Positions 31,011 through 40,943 of a DNA stretch of 64,000 nt are shown piece after piece. The notes beneath the pieces were generated by a model that had not been told where the DNA came from, searched no databases, and saw only the letters and a program-made list of their open reading frames with translations. How positions within the stretch are numbered: the stretch's first letter is position 1; the number at the start of each line of letters is the position of its first letter. The position numbers and the translations under genes were made by a program. Location of the stretch: the IMG/VR virus record IMGVR_UViG_3300032236_001613, positions 1-64,000 of that record. One strand, given 5' to 3'.

Positions 31011-31063
31011 AGTGGCTTAAGAAGAAGTGGCACATAATACATACATAAACAAGGAGAAACATT

Positions 31064-32104
31064 ATGGCAACATTGGCAGAAATTAGGGCAAAACTACAGG
31101 CAGAGAGTCAGAAGAAGACCGACGGAAAGCCGCGCACCGGCGGTGATAACGCAATTTTTGCGCATTGGAATGCACCAGACAACAGTACTACAACAGTACG
31201 TTTCCTTCCAGATGCAGATCCAACTAACACATATTTCTGGAGAGAGCGAGGCGTTATCAAAATGCCATTCTCTGGAATCGCCGGCGAAACTAACAGTAAG
31301 AAAGTTACAGTAGAAGTTCCGTGCATGGAAATGTACGGAGAAAAGGAAGTTTGCCCATTGCTTCAAGAAGCACGTGGCTTTTATAAGCTTGAAAAGATTG
31401 AAGCAGCTAAAGGTAATCTTGACAAGGCAAAGGAATATAACGCACTCGGAAGTCGCTATTGGAAAAAGAAGAGCTATCTTTTTCAAGGATTTGTTGTAGA
31501 AACGGCACTCAACGAAGATCGTGTTCCGGAGAATCCTATTCGTCGATTTGTTATCAGTCCTCAGATTTTTCCTTTGATTCCAAAGGCATTGATGGATAAA
31601 GACATTCCAAATCTAGTTACTGACTACGTAAATGGGCTTGATTTCAGAATTACAAAGACTACTAAGCCTGGCGGAGTATTTGCTGATTATAATACTAGCT
31701 CTTGGGCGCGACGTGAACGCACACTTAACGAGGCGGAAATGGCTGCGATCCAACAGTATGGATTGTACGATCTCAAGAACTTTCTCCCAAAGCGTCCTGG
31801 TGAAGTTGAGCTTAAGGTCGCAATGGAAATGCTCGAAGCATCGATCGCTGGCGAACCATTTGATATGGCACGCTGGGGTGATTATTACAAGCCAAAGGGA
31901 GCATTCGGCAATGGCGGTGGAGCAGCAACATCTGAATATGATGTTGACGAAGAACCCGTTGCTGTTGCGCCAAAGGCAGCACCAGCTCCTTCAATTAGCA
32001 ATGACGTAGCTGCTGCAATTGTTGCAACTGCTCCGGCTAGCGGTGATGCTGCTACTCGTGCACAAGACATTCTTGCAAAGATTCGCAGTCGTAATGCACA
32101 ATAA
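31064..32104 (+). CDS. single-stranded DNA-binding protein (T4 gp32-like)
   Basis: VRFLPD, PC.EM...CP, YWKKKSY, GLDFRITKT...ADY.TS.W. Confidence 0.9.
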   Translation: MATLAEIRAKLQAESQKKTDGKPRTGGDNAIFAHWNAPDNSTTTVRFLPDADPTNTYFWRERGVIKMPFSGIAGETNSKKVTVEVPCMEMYGEKEVCPLLQEARGFYKLEKIEAAKGNLDKAKEYNALGSRYWKKKSYLFQGFVVETALNEDRVPENPIRRFVISPQIFPLIPKALMDKDIPNLVTDYVNGLDFRITKTTKPGGVFADYNTSSWARRERTLNEAEMAAIQQYGLYDLKNFLPKRPGEVELKVAMEMLEASIAGEPFDMARWGDYYKPKGAFGNGGGAATSEYDVDEEPVAVAPKAAPAPSISNDVAAAIVATAPASGDAATRAQDILAKIRSRNAQ

Positions 32105-32118
32105 TTTAGGAGATCAAA

Positions 32119-33183
32119 ATGGCTAAGAATTTTGATATTTCTAAATTTAGAAAGAGTATTACTAAGTCTATTCCAGGTATGGGTGTCGGTTTCCGAGACC
32201 CTACTGATTGGATCTCAACTGGTAACTATGCATTAAATTATCTTATCTCAGGGGACTTCTTTCGAGGAGTCCCTCTGGGCAAGGTAACTTGTTTTGCTGG
32301 CGAATCTGGCTCAGGAAAGAGTTATATTTGTTCTGGTAACATTATTAAACATGCACAGGAACAAGGCATTTATGTTATTTTAATCGATAGCGAAAATGCT
32401 TTGGACGAATCGTGGCTACATAAGCTAGGTGTCGAAACTACCGAAGATAAGATGCTTAAACTTAATATGGCTATGCTTGATGATGTTGCTAAAACTATTA
32501 GCGAATTTATGGCAGAATACAAAACAATGCCTGAGGCAGACCGAGCAAAGGTATTATTTGTCATTGATAGCCTTGGATTCTTAATGACTCCAACTGAGGT
32601 AAATCAGTTTGAAGCCGGAGATATGAAAGGCGATATGGGTCGTAAAGCAAAAGCTCTAAAGGCTCTAGTTGCTAACTGTGTTAATATGTTCGGAGCGTAT
32701 AATGTAGGATTAGTAGCAACTAATCATACCTATGCTAGCCAAGACATGTTTAATCCAGATGATAAAATTTCCGGCGGTCAAGGTTTTATCTTCGCTAGTT
32801 CAATTGTAGTTTCGATGAAGAAACTTAAGTTGAAAGAGGACGAAGATGGCAACAAGGTATCTGATGTATTAGGTATACGTGCAGCATGCCAGGTTGTAAA
32901 AACACGTTACGCTAAACCTTTCGAAAGTGTACAAGTTAAAATTCCATATTCAACAGGTATGACTCCAACTTCGGGTCTACTAGACATGTTTGAGAAGATG
33001 GGTGTATTATTTAAAGTAGGTAATAAATTAGCTTATACAGACAGAGAAACTGGTGAGATCATTGCTGAGTTTCGCAAAAACTGGACTGAGGATAAGCTAA
33101 AGCTTATTATGGATCAGTGGGACGAATCGGTGATTAGAGCAGAAGAACCAGCGGAAAACGAAACGGAGGAAGACAATGGATGA
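32119..33183 (+). CDS. uvsX: RecA-like recombinase (UvsX)
   Basis: STGNYALN, GESGSGKS, IDSENA, VIDSLG, TNHTY, SGG. Confidence 0.95.
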   Translation: MAKNFDISKFRKSITKSIPGMGVGFRDPTDWISTGNYALNYLISGDFFRGVPLGKVTCFAGESGSGKSYICSGNIIKHAQEQGIYVILIDSENALDESWLHKLGVETTEDKMLKLNMAMLDDVAKTISEFMAEYKTMPEADRAKVLFVIDSLGFLMTPTEVNQFEAGDMKGDMGRKAKALKALVANCVNMFGAYNVGLVATNHTYASQDMFNPDDKISGGQGFIFASSIVVSMKKLKLKEDEDGNKVSDVLGIRAACQVVKTRYAKPFESVQVKIPYSTGMTPTSGLLDMFEKMGVLFKVGNKLAYTDRETGEIIAEFRKNWTEDKLKLIMDQWDESVIRAEEPAENETEEDNG

Positions 33184-33427
33184 TAGTTTGATTATGGAAA
33201 TTTGGGATACATTTAAAGAATATATTCCAGAAAAAAATAAAGACACTGCTGCAAAGCAATATGTTGATTACTTACTCGGAAAAGAGTTCAGAGCAAAGGA
33301 TCTTGAGGCATATATCGGATATGACCCTCACCTTGACGATGCTATAACTGAAGTAGTTGAGCATAGCGATGACGAGGATGAAGATCATTTTGAAGAGGAT
33401 TCCTTCGAAGACGACGAGGATTATTAA
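33176..33427 (+). CDS. small acidic hypothetical protein
   Basis: D/E-rich C-terminus; between uvsX and uvsY. Confidence 0.6.
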   Translation: MDDSLIMEIWDTFKEYIPEKNKDTAAKQYVDYLLGKEFRAKDLEAYIGYDPHLDDAITEVVEHSDDEDEDHFEEDSFEDDEDY

Positions 33428-33885
33428 TGCCTCTTTGGTACGCAAAGGTGAGTAAGGATATTACTCACCTTCCTGCTTGCATTGATCATTTTTATACAGA
33501 ACTGGAAACTGCGAAGAAAGAAGTTAAACTCCACGGAAACGTAGAGAGAGCTGCTTCGCAGCTTCCGGGTATCGTAGAACAAAGATTTAATCAATTGCAA
33601 GAAATTGAAGCTATACTAGAATATCTTAATATTGAACTTCGACGTACCCGAAGTAAAACTTTTAAAAAGTATCTCGAAAACTATCAAAGAGCATTGAGTT
33701 CAAGAGACGTTGAAAAATATGTTGACGGGGAAGCAGATGTAGTTGATATGGAAAAAATTATTAACGAATTTGCTTTACTACGTAACCAATGGCTAGGTAT
33801 AATAAAAGCCGTTGATCAGAAACAATGGCAAATAACTAACATTGTAAAACTAAGGGCAGCTGGATTAGAGGATGCATCTGTATGA
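33427..33885 (+). CDS. uvsY: recombination mediator (UvsY-like)
   Basis: Helical; DVEKYVDGE...K.WQI.NIVKLR; synteny with uvsX and uvsW. Confidence 0.8.
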   Translation: MPLWYAKVSKDITHLPACIDHFYTELETAKKEVKLHGNVERAASQLPGIVEQRFNQLQEIEAILEYLNIELRRTRSKTFKKYLENYQRALSSRDVEKYVDGEADVVDMEKIINEFALLRNQWLGIIKAVDQKQWQITNIVKLRAAGLEDASV

Positions 33886-35102
33886 CCGTTTATATCGAGG
33901 ACTTAATCGAAAGAATGGCCGGGTCTGGCAAGTATCTTTTTGATGCACCTATTGCATCATCGGCAACAGACCGAACACTGTTTTATAGTTTTTCAAATCA
34001 AATTATAAACTGTGGATTAACTGAAAAACAGAAAAAGTTATGTGTATCGATATTAAAAAAATACAGTAGCGCACTTTCAAAAGATCTTAACTTAGATGTC
34101 GAATACTCTATAAAAAATAATATCTGGAGAACTCCTAGTAGGAACTTATCTTCGATAAAAAAAATAGAAATCGTTAAAAAAAATGGAAAGAACTCCTATA
34201 TTAATTTCGTCTCACCGTACGATCCTAAGTTAATAGAGGTCATAAAGGCTTATAAAAAGTCTAACGAAAGTACGATAACAGGCGTATCGACTTGGAACTC
34301 TACAGATAAGACATGGACATTTCCTCTATCAGAAAACTCTATTAAGTTTTTTGCGACTACTGATATATTTGATTCTTTTGAAAAAGAACGAGAGTTACTC
34401 GAACTTTATCAAGATATTGAACATATTGAAAAAAATATAGAACAATATATACCTATGGTAAGCGAAACTCCTGATGGAGGTTTTGTTTATCTTAATGTTT
34501 CTAAAAATATTCCTCAACCAACATCGAGGAATATAATTAATGTTCTATTGCATGCAAGAAAATACGGTATCACTATATGGACCGATCGAGTAAACGAATT
34601 ATTAAAAAATTGCGATACTAATAAAATAGTTAAAAAATTTCTTGAAATTGATTACTCCGAAAAGTTGTGTCCTTCATCAGGAGAGTTTCTGCTCGACGAT
34701 TTCTCTTCAGTTATTGACGAATACGACAATATTTTATTTGTTATTCCAGTTAATCACGAGATTAAATTTATTAAAAAAACTAAAGAATATTTAATAAGGC
34801 AGGGATATAAAACAGAGCAGATGTCAGTGCTTTTTAGATTAGAAAGTATGGTTGACCTACACGGATTTAACCAATATGTTAGAGATTCTCAGTTAAACAA
34901 CGAATTATCAGATGAAATAAAATTTGTATTCGTTAGTAGTAAATTACCTAAACCACTAATGGAATCACGAAAAAAGTTTGATTTAGTAATTAATTTTGGG
35001 TTAAACTCGTCACACTATTCTTTACAAAACTTTTTAAAAGAACACCACAACGTTATTACAATGTATCCTACATCAGGAAAAGATAAACATGTCCAGCTGT
35101 AA
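33882..35102 (+). CDS. hypothetical protein (406 aa)
   Basis: Long coupled ORF in replication operon; no catalytic motif recognised. Confidence 0.6.
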   Translation: MTVYIEDLIERMAGSGKYLFDAPIASSATDRTLFYSFSNQIINCGLTEKQKKLCVSILKKYSSALSKDLNLDVEYSIKNNIWRTPSRNLSSIKKIEIVKKNGKNSYINFVSPYDPKLIEVIKAYKKSNESTITGVSTWNSTDKTWTFPLSENSIKFFATTDIFDSFEKERELLELYQDIEHIEKNIEQYIPMVSETPDGGFVYLNVSKNIPQPTSRNIINVLLHARKYGITIWTDRVNELLKNCDTNKIVKKFLEIDYSEKLCPSSGEFLLDDFSSVIDEYDNILFVIPVNHEIKFIKKTKEYLIRQGYKTEQMSVLFRLESMVDLHGFNQYVRDSQLNNELSDEIKFVFVSSKLPKPLMESRKKFDLVINFGLNSSHYSLQNFLKEHHNVITMYPTSGKDKHVQL

Positions 35103-36567
35103 AATTATTATCAAAGACGAAGTTAATGTTAAGATTGACGGGTTAGATCTAGATACACGCAAAGACTTAGTAAAGAAATTTAAAATGGTGGATCCTACCG
35201 CTAGATTTAGACCATCATACCGTCTTGGGCGTTGGGACGGAACTGTTAGTTTCTTTGGTATTGGCGGAACTACTTATCTAAACATGTTAGATAAAGTCTT
35301 AGTCGAACTAGAAAATAGAAATTATCACATCGAAGTAGAAGATCTAAGAGAAAGCCCTCAACTAGAATTTGATAAAATTAACGAAGAGTTTTGGGGCGAT
35401 AAGTGTTGGCCGGAAGGACATCGTTTTGCAGGCGAACCCATTAGATTGCGAGACGATCAAGTAGAAGTAGTGAATACATTCCTAGCCAATCCTCAGGCAT
35501 TGCAAGAAGTCGCTACCGGTGCTGGTAAAACTATTATGACAGCAACTCTATCAAAGATTTGCGAAAAATACGGGCGTACAATTACTATTGTTCCTAACAA
35601 AAGCCTTGTAGAACAAACCGAAGAAGACTTTGTTAACGTAGGATTAGACGTAGGAGTTTATTACGGAGACAGAAAAGATCTTGGTAAAACTCATACAATC
35701 TGTACTTGGCAAAGCCTAAACATCTTAGATAAAAAATCTAAAAACTTTGAAGAAAGCAATGAACTGTTAACTTTATCAGAATTTTTAGAAGGTGTAAGTA
35801 CTGTTATTGTTGACGAAGTACATATGGCCAAAGCTGATGTACTTAAAAAACTATTAACACATAATCTAAAAAATACACCTATACGTTGGGGGTTGACAGG
35901 AACTGTTCCTAAGGAAGAGATTAATTTTCAAAATATTAAAGTTAGTCTTGGCGAAGTTGTAGGTAGAGTTAGCGCACACGATCTTCAACAAAAAGGAATC
36001 CTTAGTGAATGTCATGTAAACATTGTCCAAACCGGAGAGTGGAAAGAGTTTGCTAATTATGCCGAAGAGCTAAGATATCTTGTTACAGATCCTAAACGAT
36101 TAGAATATATTTCAGAACTAATTTCTAAAATATCTACAACAGGAAATACTTTAATTCTGGTTGACAGAATCGACTGCGGTAATGTATTATCAACTAACTT
36201 AGCAAATTTAACTAATCAACCTGTGTCTTTTATTTCAGGTGCAGTTAAGACTAAAGATCGTAAAGAGGAATACAATGAAGTTGCTACTAGCAATGATAAG
36301 ATTATTGTGGCTACTTATGGTGTGGCTGCTGTTGGTATTAATATTCCCCGTATTTTTAATCTTGTACTGCTCGAACCCGGTAAGTCGTTTGTTCGAGTTA
36401 TTCAAAGCATTGGACGCGGTATTCGAAAAGCTGAAGACAAGGATTTTGTCCAAATTTGGGATATAACTGCTGCTAGCAAATATGCTAAACGGCATCTTAC
36501 AGAACGTAAGAAGTTTTATAAAGAAGCTAAGTATGATTTTTCTATAGAAAAGGTACAATATCAATGA
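35089..36567 (+). CDS. uvsW: SF2 DNA helicase (UvsW-like)
   Basis: WDG, LRDDQ, ATGAGKT, DEVH, GLTGT, QSIGRGIR. Confidence 0.92.
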   Translation: MSSCKIIIKDEVNVKIDGLDLDTRKDLVKKFKMVDPTARFRPSYRLGRWDGTVSFFGIGGTTYLNMLDKVLVELENRNYHIEVEDLRESPQLEFDKINEEFWGDKCWPEGHRFAGEPIRLRDDQVEVVNTFLANPQALQEVATGAGKTIMTATLSKICEKYGRTITIVPNKSLVEQTEEDFVNVGLDVGVYYGDRKDLGKTHTICTWQSLNILDKKSKNFEESNELLTLSEFLEGVSTVIVDEVHMAKADVLKKLLTHNLKNTPIRWGLTGTVPKEEINFQNIKVSLGEVVGRVSAHDLQQKGILSECHVNIVQTGEWKEFANYAEELRYLVTDPKRLEYISELISKISTTGNTLILVDRIDCGNVLSTNLANLTNQPVSFISGAVKTKDRKEEYNEVATSNDKIIVATYGVAAVGINIPRIFNLVLLEPGKSFVRVIQSIGRGIRKAEDKDFVQIWDITAASKYAKRHLTERKKFYKEAKYDFSIEKVQYQ

Positions 36568-37067
36568 GAATTTTGACACTTGAGAATAAAACGTTTTTTC
36601 TAAACGATTTACCCGATGAAGTAGACGATGGAATGCGTTTTAGCGTGCTAGATAATAGCGATCCAACTAATAGCGATTATTTTTTTATTCCTTTAATATT
36701 CCTTGAAAGTTTTACATCACCTGCTGCTGTATTACAAATTGGTCCTTACAATATTACTATGCCACTCGATTGGTGTACAGTAGTAGGTGACCCGGAAGGC
36801 CCCGAAATGGAAGTATTACCCTTAACAAGTCTTAATGATAGAGGATTTAAAACCTTTTGTTTCAACCCACTAAGCTCTTATAGACCAACTTTTTTTGATA
36901 TAGACATTGTCGATGTTTATCAAGATGTTAAATGGTATTTTCCAAAAATGAAACCTGGTCAGCTTTTAACTACTCCGTTACACGGAGGTGAGAAGCCTAT
37001 GTGTTCTTACTTTGTTAAGGAAGTTAGTCGTCAAAGCGAAATATTAGATTATACAAAGTGCTGGTAA
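36564..37067 (+). CDS. conserved hypothetical protein
   Basis: Coupled to uvsW (ATGA overlap). Confidence 0.6.
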   Translation: MRILTLENKTFFLNDLPDEVDDGMRFSVLDNSDPTNSDYFFIPLIFLESFTSPAAVLQIGPYNITMPLDWCTVVGDPEGPEMEVLPLTSLNDRGFKTFCFNPLSSYRPTFFDIDIVDVYQDVKWYFPKMKPGQLLTTPLHGGEKPMCSYFVKEVSRQSEILDYTKCW

Positions 37068-37071
37068 TAGT

Positions 37072-37311
37072 ATGGGCAATCTTACTCCAGGAGCAAAATA
37101 CATTTATGAAAACGATGGAGAGAAGATCTATGCTAGAGAAGAAGGCAGTAGTGAACGCACTATTATCGGGGAAACAAATACAGGTACACGATTAAGAGAA
37201 ACGCAATTGTGGAAAGATATTCTCGAAGCAGCAAAAACTAATACTGCTTTACAATTAGCACTCGATCGTGCTAAAGTAATATATTATTTGAGTAAAGATC
37301 ATGGCACTTGA
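37072..37311 (+). CDS. hypothetical protein
   Basis: Operon-embedded ORF. Confidence 0.55.
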   Translation: MGNLTPGAKYIYENDGEKIYAREEGSSERTIIGETNTGTRLRETQLWKDILEAAKTNTALQLALDRAKVIYYLSKDHGT

Positions 37312-37759
37312 TATTAAAAGAGAAATGGCAGCAGTTGATAATAGAGATTATAATTTCTACGATAAACTCACTGACGAAGAAAAGAAGTCTTTAACCCCAT
37401 ATGTATTGATGCGGTACACTAGTAATGTTGATTCAAACAATCAAGAATTACAAGAATGGTTTTTAGAAATGACCAATGAGATGGTAAACAAAGATCATTG
37501 GACTCTAAGTAAAAATCATAAACCACTATTATGGAAACTAATGGCAGGTGTCGGCATAGGAAGTAAATATTATCATCCCTACCTAGCTGCAGGTAAAAAG
37601 GAAAAAACTCTTAAAATTGCAAAACTAATTGCAGAATTAAATCCTGCAATGAAATTAGATGAAGTTAAAATGCTAGCTAGCATGATGACCAAAGAAGATA
37701 TTAAAAAATTATTTGATGACTTAGGTTTTGATAAAAAACAAAGAAAAGAGTATGAGTAA
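37301..37759 (+). CDS. putative clamp-loader small subunit (gp62-like)
   Basis: PYVLMRY.S...EMVN...K.LLW pattern; size and context. Confidence 0.5.
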   Translation: MALDIKREMAAVDNRDYNFYDKLTDEEKKSLTPYVLMRYTSNVDSNNQELQEWFLEMTNEMVNKDHWTLSKNHKPLLWKLMAGVGIGSKYYHPYLAAGKKEKTLKIAKLIAELNPAMKLDEVKMLASMMTKEDIKKLFDDLGFDKKQRKEYE

Positions 37760-37955
37760 AGTTGAAGATGTCTGCGAATGCTGGCAATGCATTGTTGATA
37801 ATGATATTAGAGAACCTTATAGTCAGTTTCCTTTATATCTTACTCGAGTGATAGTTTGTACGGAATGCGGAAATAAAAGATGTCCTCACGCTACTAATCA
37901 TAGACTTAAATGCACTGATAGTAACGAACCAGGCCAACCAGGAAGTAGATATTAG
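37752..37955 (+). CDS. small Cys-rich Zn-binding protein
   Basis: CECWQC...CTECGNKRCPHA.NH...C. Confidence 0.55.
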   Translation: MSKVEDVCECWQCIVDNDIREPYSQFPLYLTRVIVCTECGNKRCPHATNHRLKCTDSNEPGQPGSRY

Positions 37956-38381
37956 ATGTCAACTGATTCTTTATTTTATAAAATTTTTAACTTTGAAGGA
38001 AAAGAAGAAACTAAATTCTGTACTGATTGCAAAGAATGGTTACCTGTTTCAATGTTTGATAGAGATGGCGGAGCTAATTATCTTAGATATAATTGTAGAC
38101 CCTGCGCAAAAAAACATGCAAGAATTCTCAAAGAAATTAAGCGTACAGCTCCTAAGTTACCTGAAAATCACATTTGTCCAATATGTAAAAGAAGTGAAGA
38201 AGAAATTAAAAAAAATAATCCTACTAAAAAAGGTATTTGGTGTTGCGACCACGATCACGAAACTAGTAAATTTCGAGGGTGGATTTGCCAAAAATGTAAT
38301 TTAGCATTAGGCAATTTTAACGACGATCCGAACATTTTAGAAAATGGAAAACAATATCTTTTGCAATTTAAAAATAACTAG
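37956..38381 (+). CDS. endonuclease VII-family HNH protein
   Basis: CPIC...DHDH.T.KFRGWICQKCN.ALG.F.DD. Confidence 0.85.
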   Translation: MSTDSLFYKIFNFEGKEETKFCTDCKEWLPVSMFDRDGGANYLRYNCRPCAKKHARILKEIKRTAPKLPENHICPICKRSEEEIKKNNPTKKGIWCCDHDHETSKFRGWICQKCNLALGNFNDDPNILENGKQYLLQFKNN

Positions 38382-38390
38382 AGAGTATTA

Positions 38391-39086
38391 ATGGTAGACT
38401 TAGTAGAACAACCTTTTAATTGTGTACATTGTAATAAGAGTTTTATGAAAGAAAATACTCTTGTTGCGCATATGTGTGAAAATAAAAGACGTGCATTACA
38501 AAAAGACGAAAAACGTGTGCAAGTCGGTCTTATGGCCTACAATCGATTTTATCAAATAACTCAAAATTCAAGAAAAAATAAAACTTACGATGAATTTTGT
38601 AAAAGCTCATACTATAACGCATTTGTTAAATTTGGCAGTTTTATTAATAATGTTAATCCCCTTTATCCAGAAAAATTTATTGAGTATGTAATTAAAAGCG
38701 GAGTTAAATTAGATCACTGGAGCAGAGACGAGCTCTACGAAAAGTATCTTTATGAAACATTAAAAACAGAACCGGTTGAATCTGCAGTACAGAGATCTCT
38801 ACAAACTATGATGGAATGGGGTGATCGAAGCCAAGCACAGTATAACCACTATTTTAAATATGTTAATCATAATCGTGCGGTGCATGATATAAGGAATGGT
38901 AAAATATCACCATGGATCATATTAAATTGTAAGAGTGGAAAAACTATGATTGAGAACTTTAATGATGAACAGCTAAACTTAATTTCACCGGCATTTGATG
39001 TACCATACTGGATTAACCATTTTAAAAAACATCCAGCTGATATTGAGTTGGTTAAAGAAATTTGTCGTGAGGCAGATATTGAATGA
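38391..39086 (+). CDS. zinc-finger conserved hypothetical protein
   Basis: N-terminal CVHC.K.F..E.TL..H.C; GKISPW. Confidence 0.6.
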   Translation: MVDLVEQPFNCVHCNKSFMKENTLVAHMCENKRRALQKDEKRVQVGLMAYNRFYQITQNSRKNKTYDEFCKSSYYNAFVKFGSFINNVNPLYPEKFIEYVIKSGVKLDHWSRDELYEKYLYETLKTEPVESAVQRSLQTMMEWGDRSQAQYNHYFKYVNHNRAVHDIRNGKISPWIILNCKSGKTMIENFNDEQLNLISPAFDVPYWINHFKKHPADIELVKEICREADIE

Positions 39087-39661
39087 GTAATAGAGGTGAT
39101 ATAGATATCGATTTTGGAAATCGAGATGATTTGTTATCTCTAATTCCGCATGTTGCTGCTGCACGTTACGAGAGAGGAGAATTAAAAAAACATAACACTG
39201 GTGTGTATCTACAAAAGATCCCAGTAAATCCGATAAGTAATGTCGCAAGCATCGATTACGAAACCGCAGAAAAACGCGGCTATTTTAAACTAGATTTTTT
39301 GAATGTTAGTGTATACAAAGATGTTAAAAGTGAAGAGCATTTAATTAAATTAATGAACAAGGAGCCACTATGGAATCTTTTACTTCAAGACGAGTTTGTA
39401 AATCTGTTATTTCATTTAAAGGGGCACGGGGAGGTATTGAGAGCAACTTGCCCGAATTCAGTGGAACAATTAGCTGCAGTCCTTGCGATGATACGCCCCG
39501 CGAAACGCTATCTGATTGGGAAAGATTGGACTACGGTGATGAAAGAGATTTGGGTGAAACCGGATAACGACGAATATTATTTCAAAAAAGCACACAGTAT
39601 TTCTTACGCAATGCTAATTGTCGTTCAAATGAACTTAATATGTGAGCAATTGGAAGTTTAA
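39083..39661 (+). CDS. miniature DNA polymerase III alpha (C-family palm)-like protein
   Basis: DIDIDF, KHNTGV, KLDFL, LAAVLAMIRP, FKKAHSISYA correspond in order to DnaE motifs. Confidence 0.75.
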   Translation: MSNRGDIDIDFGNRDDLLSLIPHVAAARYERGELKKHNTGVYLQKIPVNPISNVASIDYETAEKRGYFKLDFLNVSVYKDVKSEEHLIKLMNKEPLWNLLLQDEFVNLLFHLKGHGEVLRATCPNSVEQLAAVLAMIRPAKRYLIGKDWTTVMKEIWVKPDNDEYYFKKAHSISYAMLIVVQMNLICEQLEV

Positions 39662-39662
39662 A

Positions 39663-40052
39663 TTATTTTACTTTTTTAATGTTTCGAACTAGCTGGATTG
39701 ATTTTCTTTTGACTCTCTTTTCAGCTATTTCGCTTAAATTAACTATAGGCCCAAACAATATTTCTATATCTTTAGCATTAAATGTTTTAATATAGTCCCT
39801 AAAATAAATCATATCTCTTTTAAGAAAAATGCTAATAGGAATTTTTCTATTACTTTCCCACCACCAAATATCGCCTAATTCGAGTATTCTTTGTCGTTCT
39901 AAATCGTTGCGTAAACTAGAATAGTCGTACATGCTTAACACAGAATCGTCAGAATTGATAATAATACCTAAATATTCAATATCTCTGGATCTTACGCATG
40001 TAATAAATGGAAAATTTGTTTGGAATTGCTCTTTCAATATAGTCATGTACAA
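39663..40052 (-). CDS. conserved hypothetical protein
   Basis: FPFIT...EY.GII, WWWESNR.IPI. Confidence 0.6.
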   Translation of the reverse strand: MYMTILKEQFQTNFPFITCVRSRDIEYLGIIINSDDSVLSMYDYSSLRNDLERQRILELGDIWWWESNRKIPISIFLKRDMIYFRDYIKTFNAKDIEILFGPIVNLSEIAEKRVKRKSIQLVRNIKKVK

Positions 40053-40064
40053 TAAATATGTAAT

Positions 40065-40934
40065 ATGAAATTACCAGTCTATTTATATCCAAATCGTTTC
40101 GAAGTAATATTAGATTTGGATAATAACAACAGGATCATCCAAGTTATGTATCAACGCGAACTCAAATTACAAAAAGGTATTAAGAATACCATTCAATTAC
40201 AATTTAAAAATAGCGATCAAAAGCTCTTAAACGTTAGTACCTCTAACTTTGTAGTAACTCTATTTGATACCGTTAATAATCGTAACTTAATAGAAAAAGA
40301 TGTAACAATACTCGACGATGGTGTAACTCTTTCTTTGAGAGGATTAGCGTCGTTGGTATTCACTGAAAGCGATTTGGACGCTTGCGAAAGTACATACTAT
40401 AAACTAGGAATTAAAACTTTAGATAGCACCGGAAGTTATGTTCCTGCATACGCAGATACTTACTACGGCATGGCCGGAACAGTAGAAGTAAAGCACGACT
40501 TATATCCTACATTAATTCCAAGTATCGAAGTTAACGCCAATCAGTTTCAAATGTTTCCTAACTACGATATTAATGTACAACAGTACGAATATTACTCAGG
40601 AAACCTAGATGCTACTCCCCAGTTTAAATCAAATGTGGCGTTACATACTGCAGCTATCTATATGACAAACTATACCGGGCGAGTTTTACTCGAAGGAACT
40701 TTAGAAAACGACCCTAGTAGTTTCGGTAACTATGCATTAATTAGCAATACTACTTACACCGGTTTTACCGGAATTGATTACAAAAACTTTAACGGAATAT
40801 TTTCAAAAATAAGAATTAGATATATCCCAGCTAAAAACCCAGTCACAATGACTAATAGTTTATACAGCGGGCCAGATGCTGCCGCTAATCGTGCTTACGC
40901 CGGAACAGTTGACAAGGTACTATATAGAAGCTAA
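40065..40934 (+). CDS. late, probably structural beta-rich protein
   Basis: Late promoter TAAATA at 40053; KGIKN.IQ.QFKNSDQK. Confidence 0.5.
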   Translation: MKLPVYLYPNRFEVILDLDNNNRIIQVMYQRELKLQKGIKNTIQLQFKNSDQKLLNVSTSNFVVTLFDTVNNRNLIEKDVTILDDGVTLSLRGLASLVFTESDLDACESTYYKLGIKTLDSTGSYVPAYADTYYGMAGTVEVKHDLYPTLIPSIEVNANQFQMFPNYDINVQQYEYYSGNLDATPQFKSNVALHTAAIYMTNYTGRVLLEGTLENDPSSFGNYALISNTTYTGFTGIDYKNFNGIFSKIRIRYIPAKNPVTMTNSLYSGPDAAANRAYAGTVDKVLYRS

Positions 40935-40943
40935 AATAACTGT

